A stretch of 63,381 nucleotides of DNA, the filler included, from Stramenopiles sp. TOSAG23-2 (taxonomy: Eukaryota), in NCBI GenBank assembly GCA_900128395.1. It is 7 parts of 7 records of this genome, joined end to end, with 100 filler letters (N's around TTAATTAATTAA, not from the genome) between each part and the next. Parts side by side here need not be neighbours in the genome. Positions count along the whole stretch, not along the records: positions 1 to 27,469 come from LT649417.1; positions 27,570 to 54,996 come from LT649418.1; 5 more parts are not named here. One strand, written 5' to 3'. The translations under genes were made by a program, and so were the position numbers. Below are positions 22,821 through 32,800 of this stretch, one piece after another (the stretch's first letter is position 1; each line of letters opens with the position of its first letter). Below the pieces are notes generated by a model, which was not told where the DNA came from, did no database searches, and saw only the letters and a program-made list of their open reading frames with translations.

Positions 22821-24704
22821 ATGACATCCTTAACACGAGATAAATTTATAGAAGAAATGGTTAAAGAATTAAAATTATCTCCGTCAGGTAATTTTGATTT
22901 ACCACGCCAACCAACTATATTAATGACGTTATCTGAAGCAGTGGAAGAATTGTCGTACGATTGGCCAGAAGTTCATATGGATGTCTTGAAAATGATAAGT
23001 GATTTTTTATACAACATACCAAATGACAATAGTAAAAATAATATAAAAAACTTGCAGTTGTATAGTAACATTAATATAACAACGTCAATTTTTGAAGGTT
23101 TGATGTCATGTACCATATTAGATGAAAATGATAAAAAAGATGGAAAAGGGTATAGAAGTAACATATGTGCACATTTATTTTTCACACTGCCATATAAAAT
23201 ATTGATGGAAGTAAAACGTAATTATGATAATAAGAAAAATATAAAAAATATGAAAATTTTGAAAAATATCTTTCATACTTGGAATTTAAATATAGAAGAC
23301 GATCATAGTAAAAAAAATACTCAAGATAATAATACGATTGATGATGTAATTACTAGTATTGTGAGAATAGTTCGTGTATTATTAAAACAAGGTGTTATAG
23401 CTGTACAAGAGAATATGATCACATCATCAACATGGAAAAAAATGAATGTTACAAATACATTATGTAATTTATTTTTATTACTATGTATGTCAACAAATAT
23501 TGCATCATCACAAAAATCTAATGATGATAAGCATGACGTAGAAATAATAAATGATGTTACATTATTAATACGTGAACATTGTACAATTGATGCTACAAAT
23601 ATTCCAAATGTTATAGAAATATTAATACCATATCTAGATCATTCAGAAGTGTCAATACATGTTTTGCCATTACTAGGGCAAGTAGTATCGAATGAAAATT
23701 TTATTATGAAAAAAAGTAAAAGTAATAGTGGTAAAAAATATTACAAAAAATCAACTATGAATACTATGATTATAAGTCAAGTATTGAAAAAAATTGAATT
23801 GGATCATTTAAAAAAAATACAAGTTATTATGAAACAATATATATTGAAAGATACGCCGTTAGAGATGTTCCCAATTTTCATTGGAGCTGTATCATTGTGT
23901 AAATTTATTGTTACGTATGTAGATTTATACTCCAATAATAATAATAATAATAATAATAATAATTCAACAATGCCAAATCCATTGATACAATCAGGTATTA
24001 TTCAACATTTTATTACATTGTGTGTAGGTAATAAGAAGAAAAAAATGAAAAAGAAACAAAATCAAAAAAGCGATAATGATAACAATAACAATAGTAGCAC
24101 AATAAATGAAACATTATTTTCAAAACCATCATGGATCATTTCACATAATTTTATGTTATGGTATATATTAAACGATTATACATTTGCTAAATATATTGTT
24201 AAAGTATCGGTATTTGTGAATTTAATACGCCACGAAGTTTATAAATCGAATAAACCAATCGATGCAATGTTTTGGGAAATTGGTTTTTGTTTTGGTAGAT
24301 ATTTAAATCATGATGATGAGAAGACGGGGGAAATATCATGTAACGATGTGATCGCATTATTGAGCAATAAATTTGCGTTGGAGTTATGTATGACCGTAGA
24401 AAAGGCACAACATTTGTATCTTTTTCTTGAACGATTAATTACCTCGAAACTATTGATTTATTGTAATACTGCTGTGAATACTACTAGTGTACCGCCATTA
24501 TTGATTGAATTTAAAAAATATTGTTTCAAATTGCAGAAAATAATTGCAAAGAGACAATTGGATTTTTTTTCGATGGAAAAAAAAGAACAGCTAGTGAAAA
24601 AAAATGAGGAAGATGAAAGAGAAAAAGAAATAGAAAAGATTACTAAGTTACGAAGTAAATTTACAAAATTGTTTAAGAATTTTTTAGATAACAAGGATGC
24701 ATAG
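22821..24704 (+). CDS. Hypothetical protein, probably alpha-helical
   Basis: 627-aa ATG ORF; no recognised motif. Confidence 0.65.
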   Translation: MTSLTRDKFIEEMVKELKLSPSGNFDLPRQPTILMTLSEAVEELSYDWPEVHMDVLKMISDFLYNIPNDNSKNNIKNLQLYSNINITTSIFEGLMSCTILDENDKKDGKGYRSNICAHLFFTLPYKILMEVKRNYDNKKNIKNMKILKNIFHTWNLNIEDDHSKKNTQDNNTIDDVITSIVRIVRVLLKQGVIAVQENMITSSTWKKMNVTNTLCNLFLLLCMSTNIASSQKSNDDKHDVEIINDVTLLIREHCTIDATNIPNVIEILIPYLDHSEVSIHVLPLLGQVVSNENFIMKKSKSNSGKKYYKKSTMNTMIISQVLKKIELDHLKKIQVIMKQYILKDTPLEMFPIFIGAVSLCKFIVTYVDLYSNNNNNNNNNNSTMPNPLIQSGIIQHFITLCVGNKKKKMKKKQNQKSDNDNNNNSSTINETLFSKPSWIISHNFMLWYILNDYTFAKYIVKVSVFVNLIRHEVYKSNKPIDAMFWEIGFCFGRYLNHDDEKTGEISCNDVIALLSNKFALELCMTVEKAQHLYLFLERLITSKLLIYCNTAVNTTSVPPLLIEFKKYCFKLQKIIAKRQLDFFSMEKKEQLVKKNEEDEREKEIEKITKLRSKFTKLFKNFLDNKDA

Positions 24705-24749
24705 TGTGTGATATAAAAAAGAGAAGCGCGTAAATAAATTTATTCCCCT

Positions 24750-24775
24750 CTAATAAGCTTATATAAGCTTATTAG
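24750..24775. repeat. Perfect 26-bp palindrome
   Basis: CTAATAAGCTTATATAAGCTTATTAG equals its own reverse complement. Confidence 0.9.
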
Positions 24776-24900
24776 CGAACTCCCATTTAGGGATCAGTAT
24801 CCATACTTAGTATACTATATATTGTACTTAAATTATCTAATGATTATAGAATATAGAATCATGCCCTGATCGTTTTAATTTAAAATAAAAATAAATTATT

Positions 24901-25776
24901 TTAATCATCATTTGCAGATGGACTCACTACCTTTGTTGATATTGGCAATCCTGCTGGAATAATCCAAGTTGATTGATATTCTTTTGAATATGCATTTGGT
25001 GTTATTTGGGATGAACCATTTACACTATTGTCCCAATTTAAAATAAATGGAACAGCCGTCTTCGACCATTTATCTGTAGGAATTGACCTAGCCGTATCTG
25101 TCATCATTTCAGATGTCACAACACCAGGAGCTAATGGAACACTTATAATATTTTTATTACCCTCAAAATAAAATAATTGTGCCATAGATTTACACATATA
25201 TTCTACACCAACTTTTGTGGTCGAATACGGTCCTGCTGCTGGTGATGTACTATGTGCTAAACCACTTGAAATACCAATAATTTTTTTTAAAGGTGCATTC
25301 GGTTCATTACTTTCCTTTACCATATCGCCAACAAAAGCTTTAAATGTATAAAAAACACTTGTAATATTAATTTGTATAATGCGTTCAAATTCAGATACAT
25401 CTATTTCATATAAACGCCCACCTTTAATTGAAATACCAGCATTTGCAATTAAAATATCAACCTTTAAACCAGTGGAATTAACTTTTTCTTTCAGTTCACA
25501 TACAGATTCATATTTTCCAACATCACATTGATAAAAAAAATGTTTTCCAGTTGGATTATTTGCATTTACATTTTTTTCTACTGTTTTTAAATTTTCAAGA
25601 CGACGACCACAACCTATAACGTTATGCCCTAATCTAGCAAATTCTTCAACTAACGCTTTTCCAATTCCTGAAGTACAACCAGTGACCAATACAGTCAATG
25701 GATTTGTACTTCCTGCTGTTAATTGCCTTGCCAATATTGTTGTTGAACGTGGTTTTATTAATTGTGCTCTTGACAT
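24901..25776 (-). CDS. Short-chain dehydrogenase/reductase (pterin aldehyde reductase-like)
   Basis: TGCTSGIG, NAG, catalytic YSTTK, PGVV. Confidence 0.9.
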   Translation of the reverse strand: MSRAQLIKPRSTTILARQLTAGSTNPLTVLVTGCTSGIGKALVEEFARLGHNVIGCGRRLENLKTVEKNVNANNPTGKHFFYQCDVGKYESVCELKEKVNSTGLKVDILIANAGISIKGGRLYEIDVSEFERIIQINITSVFYTFKAFVGDMVKESNEPNAPLKKIIGISSGLAHSTSPAAGPYSTTKVGVEYMCKSMAQLFYFEGNKNIISVPLAPGVVTSEMMTDTARSIPTDKWSKTAVPFILNWDNSVNGSSQITPNAYSKEYQSTWIIPAGLPISTKVVSPSANDD

Positions 25777-26553
25777 TATTATTTAATTATGATGTATATT
25801 TATGATTATGTATTATTAGTATTATTGATCAGTTTTCAATATCGAGGTATTATAACGAGAAAAGAAAGAAGTGAATTGGAATGTATTCTTTTGTTGTATC
25901 TCTCAGATCCCTGCGTATCATTTGTTGTATCTTTTTGCACATAAGGGGTAATACATATATTCATTTATGTTTTATATGTTCCCATTATTCTAATTATATA
26001 ATTTATACAATTTAAATTCACCTTTTTCTTCACCACCATTCCAACCTATCAAAAAAATATCGTCGATATTATACTTTGAAGAGCCACAGATTAGGATATA
26101 AATAACTTTAAGTTCTATATATATGCTAAATAGGTACGATGGAAAACCTTATACACATACTTAGCATATATAACTGTCGCACCTATACCCTAATCTTTAA
26201 TACAAGTTTTTTGTACCTGGTATTGCATGTTATAGTCTGTACTGTCTGTAGTACAGTATACGTGTGCCGCGAATAGCCGCGCTCGCAATAATATAATAGA
26301 CGACTAATAATTATCCCCTGCATTAGAGTGCATTGGGGCTGTCCAGAGAGGAAGAGAAAAAGAGCATAAAAGTCGTTAAAAAAAGTAAATAAGGAATTTA
26401 AATTATTATTTTTAGTTGTAGTACGAAAGAGTAGTATAGTTAAGTTGGAAATAGTACTAAGGGGGTGGTATTGGGGTACTCTAATTGGGAATCTGTTATT
26501 TTTATTACATTTCACCTTAATATTAGCATAAGCACAGTACTAAGTATTTTATG

Positions 26554-26991
26554 CTTTTCCGTTTTTTTAATATGAACACAGCAGGGGCCTTTTCGTTTTT
26601 TTAATATGAACACAGCAGGGGCCTTTTCGTTTTTTTAATATGAACACAAGCAGGGGCTAAATCCGTCACTTGTTGCATATGAACACAGCAGGGGCCATTT
26701 CGTCACCTGTTGCATAGGAACACAGCAGGGGCTAAATCCGTTCCTGTTATATGAACACAGCAGGGGCCTTTTCGTCTTTTTCGTTATGAACACAGCAGGG
26801 GCTAAATCCGTCACTTGTTGCATATGAACACAGCAGGGGCCATTTCGTCACCTGTTGCATAGGAACACAGCAGGGGCTAAATCCGTTCCTGTTATATGAA
26901 CACAGCAGGGGCTAAATCCGTTTCCTGTTATATCAACATATAGCAGGGGCCTTTTCGTCCTGTCGCATATGAACATAGCAGGGCAACACTA
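26554..26991. repeat. Minisatellite of 12 units (34-39 nt) with core ATATGAACACAGCAGGGGC, ending in a hAT-like terminus
   Basis: Counted directly; units 3-5 recur as units 7-9; the array ends in GGCAACACTA. Confidence 0.88.
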
Positions 26992-27129
26992 GAGATAGTT
27001 GCCATGCTGCATCATGCTGCCATGATTTTAGCAATAGTGCACTATACTCAACCACGCCCCTCCAAGCCGCGGGACACAAAAGAATACCTTTTTTAAGTAC
27101 GACATACATTTAATTACATAGGCAAAAAA

Positions 27130-27242
27130 ATTGTGGAGAGTTCAAACTCTCCACAATGTCTTGATAGGATTGTGGAGAGTTGTTAGAATATAAAAACTGT
27201 AGGTGGAGAGTGTGGAGAGTTTGTGGAGAGTTCAACTCTCCA
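27130..27242. repeat. Cluster of GTGGAGAGT direct and inverted repeats
   Basis: Five direct copies; perfect inverted repeats at 27130-27157 (13 bp) and 27224-27242 (9 bp). Confidence 0.85.
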
Positions 27243-27469
27243 TTTTTGTACCTCCCGGGACACAAAATTAAGTATGACTTAAACAATAGGAAAAGTAAAA
27301 ACCCTATCAAGATAATAAAAATTAACACAAATCCAATGCTGAGTAATTTATTTCTAAAATTTCATATATGGCGAAAAATGTGTAAATTATCTAAAATACT
27401 TTATGATAGGAATATCAAATATATGAAACACTCTCAGCTGCTTGATGTTGTTATTCATACTTGTTACAG

Positions 27470-27569
27470 NNNNNNNNNNNNNNNNNNNNNNNNNNNNNNN
27501 NNNNNNNNNNNNNTTAATTAATTAANNNNNNNNNNNNNNNNNNNNNNNNNNNNNNNNNNNNNNNNNNNN
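27470..27569. other. Artificial contig spacer
   Basis: N44-TTAATTAATTAA-N44, with stops in all six frames. Confidence 0.97.
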
Positions 27570-27694
27570 GTTCTGCTGGACCATTACGAAGACGACGATC
27601 TAGAAGCGAATCTAATTTACGAAATAGTAATAATAATGATAAAAATCTACCAACTTGGGCTGTAAATAATAAACATTATAATAGTAATGAACCA

Positions 27695-29371
27695 ATGGCT
27701 TTGCATCATAGGACGGGTGCTCAGCTGAAAAGACCCTTGTCTAAAAAAGAAAAACAAGCATTAGAAGGCGGATGGGATAGTAAATTTGCTCAAAATACTG
27801 TAAATAATAAATACATTTTATCAAATAGACCTCAAAAATATGTCATTGTAACGCAAGGGGAAATAAATAACAATAATGGGAGCAAGCAACAAAAAGAAGA
27901 ACGAGTTGTTTTCAATGGAAGTCCAACGACAAATAAAAGAAAATTAAGAAGGCCACGAAGTGCTGGACAATTGCGTAGATATAGATCAAATAAAATGGAT
28001 GGTTTAGCAACTAGAGCAGAACGAAAAAAATTGAAATCACGATTTCATAAGAAACAAAAAGGCAGCAATAACAATGTTAAAAAGAAAAAACGAAGAAATA
28101 AATATGTAGTCCATCAAGAACAAATAATAACATCGTCAAACAAAAAGTATCCAGCACAACTTTCACAACATGAGTATGGATTTGGATTAGACTATAGTAA
28201 CGATAATATTAATGATACCAGTTACGAAGATGATATGTCATACTATGGAACTGCAATGCCAACTGTACAATTACCCAAAGATGCTATATTTCGCAAAAAC
28301 TGTAACACAATTAGAGCTTTATGGGATGAATTACATGTCCCAAATCGAGATCGCAGGTATTTTTCTAGAACATTTATGCTAGAATATACAGATCATAATG
28401 ATAAATTTGTAAATGAACAATTGGAATTATTGTTAGCGCATAGAGAAGAAACAATACGTACATTAATAGCCATTAGAGAAAGAGAAAGTGCTATTAAAGA
28501 TTTAGATTCAATTTGTAAAGCAGCAGCAAGTGCATTGGTGCGTAGTAACGTTATTATTACTACTAGTAAAAATAGTAAAACTTTGTTGAATCATTCAAAA
28601 AAGAAAAAAAATGTGAAAGCGCCAGTACCACCTCCTAATGTACGACCACCAGTAATTAATTTAACAACATCAATTAAAAAAAGAAATGAAGAAATAAATA
28701 ACAACAACGTGAACGATCTAGATACTTCTACAGATTTAAACAATGACAATGGTCATAATGACATGAAAGACAAATTGCAATCATTACAAATAAAAAGTTT
28801 TAAAAAATTAATTATAGATAGATCTCGGCATGCACAATTGAAAACTATTGAAGTTATCCATGCTATTAAATCATGGAGAACTAATTTATGGAGACAGCAA
28901 CCATTTCGTTGGAGAAATTGCAACTATATTTTACGAGTAGGAAATTGCGTTGGTTTACAGGATATAGTAAAACAGGATGAAATCGCTGAAGCTATAAGAT
29001 TGTGCTCTATTGTATCGAAAGATTTCATTTTATTATTACCACCACATATACGTAAAATATTATTTATCGATGAAAATAATAATGATGGAGCGGATGCGGA
29101 TGATGAAGGAGGGGAGGATATTCATAATGAGAATGATGAAGGTGGTAAAGAAGAAAAAACTTCTGTTGTAAACGAATATGATACTATGGATAGGAAGAAA
29201 TTGAATATGAAAGATTTAATGATAGATGAAGAATATATACGAAATGAACAAAGAACTCAAATTGAATTAAGGAAAGAGTTAAATGATTTATTACAAGCAG
29301 GATACTATATTCCAACATTAAAATGGAATCCAAATAAATTAACATTTAACATGGATGAGAGTAAGGAATAA
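27695..29371 (+). CDS. Hypothetical coiled-coil protein with a basic N-terminus
   Basis: 558-aa ORF; IRALWDELHVP..DR..F followed by a coiled coil. Confidence 0.7.
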   Translation: MALHHRTGAQLKRPLSKKEKQALEGGWDSKFAQNTVNNKYILSNRPQKYVIVTQGEINNNNGSKQQKEERVVFNGSPTTNKRKLRRPRSAGQLRRYRSNKMDGLATRAERKKLKSRFHKKQKGSNNNVKKKKRRNKYVVHQEQIITSSNKKYPAQLSQHEYGFGLDYSNDNINDTSYEDDMSYYGTAMPTVQLPKDAIFRKNCNTIRALWDELHVPNRDRRYFSRTFMLEYTDHNDKFVNEQLELLLAHREETIRTLIAIRERESAIKDLDSICKAAASALVRSNVIITTSKNSKTLLNHSKKKKNVKAPVPPPNVRPPVINLTTSIKKRNEEINNNNVNDLDTSTDLNNDNGHNDMKDKLQSLQIKSFKKLIIDRSRHAQLKTIEVIHAIKSWRTNLWRQQPFRWRNCNYILRVGNCVGLQDIVKQDEIAEAIRLCSIVSKDFILLLPPHIRKILFIDENNNDGADADDEGGEDIHNENDEGGKEEKTSVVNEYDTMDRKKLNMKDLMIDEEYIRNEQRTQIELRKELNDLLQAGYYIPTLKWNPNKLTFNMDESKE

Positions 29372-29851
29372 AAGAGAGGAAAAATGTTTAATATTATTAA
29401 TGTGTTTCATTTGAATATGTACAGGTAGAGAATACAACACGTTTTTATTTTTTAGACGCAAAAATGTCGTCTACGACGTAGATATCTTTTCCATCATCAA
29501 TTTATACCGCTTTTACTTTGAGGTTATTTAAAAGCCCAGCTAGCCCAGCTAGCATGGACATACGAGGTGGTTACGATTAGATATAATAATACTGATGAGA
29601 TTATTAATATTCCACACAGCAGGTGCACAACAGGTGGTTTTAATATTATTATAAAATTATTTGATGGATATACATTTGTGCATTTATTGATAATAAGTAT
29701 CTTTTATAATAATATAGATTGAAATATCTTTTCCCATACAGTATAGAAGAAGAAAAGAAAATTGAAGAAACGAACATGAAATACAATCAACTTGTAAGCA
29801 TAATAATAGTAATATATACAAACTGTAAATAGAAAAAAACCCTCCGCCCCC

Positions 29852-32800
29852 ATGACGTCTGTAAATACCTCGATTGAATCACCATCTCGTAGTGATTCCG
29901 AGGAACCAGTTGTGGATGATGCAGCGATAGCACATAAATTAAAAGGTCATAGGGCAAAAATTGCTGGTATTATTAAAGATAATAGTAAAAAGTCTAAAAC
30001 AACAAAGTTTAAATATCTTGCGACCAAAGAGGAGCTACAAAAATTAAAGCCTCAAACATCTATTGGTGCTGGAGTCACTTTAGAAGTTGCAGAACGTCGA
30101 GTCCGAAGAATAACCACAGGGGAAGCTATTCTAGACAGTGATGACAATAATAATAATACAAATAATGAAAGTACATATTCAGGTATACATACCGTACGCA
30201 CTAATGAAGATATAAATGGTCTTACCGACCTTAATGAAGAAGAGAAGAATTACGAAGATGAAGATGGCCCAGAGGAAATTATAGATTTTATGAAAGTCGA
30301 TAGTTTTAGTCAATTAAATTCGGCAAGACCTGCTGATTATGATTCTGATGATGAAAATGCGAAACCAAAGCAAAACTCATCTAAAACCAAAGCAGCTCCA
30401 CCCACCCGTAAGTCCGACATTTTTATTGGAGTTGATGAAGTTGTTGACGATGATGGCGAGGACTTAGATGAAATTGGGAATCTCAGGTCAATTCATGACA
30501 TAATTGCAAATAAAAATCATAGCACTGGTAGTAAATTAAGAAAACAGGAAAGCGAAATTGATGGTAGATTTAATTATGCTACTGGATGCGATGGTGCTCA
30601 AGTTGTATATAGACAATGTATAGGTTCGTGTTTGATACCAATTTTTTCTATTTTGAAAGAACAGCCTTCAAAACCAAAATTTGCTATTGATTGGGAGACG
30701 GCAATGGTTAAAAAAATGTCCGCAATGTTAGAATATGTAAAGAAAATATTCCGCACATCAGATGCTAATCATAAGATGATGACAGAAAGTATTTGTAATA
30801 ATATTTTATGTGATGGATATTCGAGTGATGATTTTTTCCTTACGGAAAGATTGTTAACACCATCCTGTGTAGAGGATTTTGATATACCAGAAAATCGCGT
30901 TAACGCTTTAATTCGTGTATGCCAATCGCGTATGCAAAGTATAATTGCAGCATTAAAGGAAAAACCACTAGTTATTCCAGAAAGATTTAAAACAAAAAAT
31001 GATTGCGATAAGCGTATTATATATGAGATTAAACGTTTAGATACTCATGTGAAACAATTAGACAAAAGTTTGTACAATAAACAGACAGTAAAGCCGAAGC
31101 TTGTAAAAAAACCAACAACCGAAATGTTTGAATCAGAGGTACCCAATGTCCCAAAACCAACATGTTTTGGTTGCTTAGCTGAGACGAAAGCAGCGAAAGC
31201 AGCTCGAGAGGTAGAACGCAATGAAATGTTAAAAGCAATGGTACAGGAGGAGGAGAAAAGAATTCGGAATGAAGAAGAAAAAGAAGCAAGGCGAGTGGAG
31301 GCGTTGCCACCACCATGCCTTGAATTCGATGTAAAAACAGAAACCTTTCATCCTACTCACGCAGATGATACGGACGTTGCTGAAGGAAGATATCTATTGT
31401 TGTTAAAAATTTTATTGCAAAGTGATAATAAACATATGGTAACACCGGAAACAAGTGATGCATTTACATATGATTTTGCAAGTTCGAATGTACAGTTTTT
31501 AGAATCTGTATCGGCAGATAATCGTGTAAAAGATCAATCTTCTGCACGTAGTTTAAAAGTTGCTTTATCATCACATACTAGTTTAAGAAAATTTGCAAGT
31601 GAACAGTTTTATGAAGATGTGAAAGGTGTTCATGCATTGAAAAAAATAGATGATTTAGGAATTGAAGTATTGCAGAATTTTGCAATGTATTACGGTGTAG
31701 ATGAGATACATGAAAGCGTCATGCATGCAATTGTGTATATGCAAAGTTTTCGCGGCGCAATGTCTTTAGTAATGCAACCACAAATTTATCGTAGTGAACA
31801 CGTCATGTGTTTAACAAATTGTTTACATAATTTATTCAATCAAATTGTAACAACAAGAGCTTTGAAAAAAAGGGAAGAGTTTATAATTCAACAGCATTTG
31901 TTGATTAATGTCGAGTCAATAATAGATGACGCAATTCGAAATTATTTCAAGTTGTACCCGAGCGATAAGACGACAGGATTAAGCGAATTCGAAGATTTGC
32001 TACGTTTAAATGTGATTTATTATCGAGTGCAACAAGTAATTCTACATCTTCATGAAAAAGAAATAAATTTAAAAAAGTTGAACCACTCAGCTACAATCTT
32101 AATGTGGAAAGATATTGAACGTTGTTTAAAGACAAGAAGCAAGGAAATATTTCAATCGTTTAAAACTAACATCAATGATGACAAAGATGTTCTTTGGGAA
32201 TATTGTCAAAAAAAGAATTTCACTCACACGGAACAATGGGTATTATTTAGCCATCAAGATACAATGGATTTAGCGTTAGCCTACGTTAATAACGACCTTT
32301 CTAAGATCGAATTGAGCAACAATATAACAGTCGATTTGAAAACCTTTGAAAGATGTAATGATGATGGAACTCATATATCAAAAATAAGAGGAAAAGTAAA
32401 TGGAGTAGAAGCCACACCACTATATGCTGTACGTTGGGGCGAGGCTTATACAGTTGTATTAGAAGAGGAAAAAATTACATTTTCGTTGTGTTATGATGTG
32501 TACTCCAGAAAAATTATAGTGGAAGATATAGATGTCTTTGAAGATGAGGAGAAGAAGAAAGAAGTTGAAGAAAAAGAAAGATTAGATCACAATAAAGCTT
32601 CGAACCGTAACAGTGATAATAATAATAATAATAATAATAATATTGAAATAAATACTGGATTAAGCATAGGAGATCATTTAGCATATGTTGGTGATTGGCC
32701 AACTGCAGGGACACCACTTGGGGCAGTATACAGTCACTTGGCTGCTGTAAAAAGGCCAGTAACATTACGTTTGTACAGCACTGTAAATGCTGCTCAGCAA

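Noticed and set aside
26570-26985. CRISPR array
   Set aside because: The spacers are short, mutually related and repeated; there are no cas genes and the context is eukaryotic.
27514-27525. TTAATTAATTAA as a biological motif
   Set aside because: Synthetic six-frame stop linker inside the N spacers.
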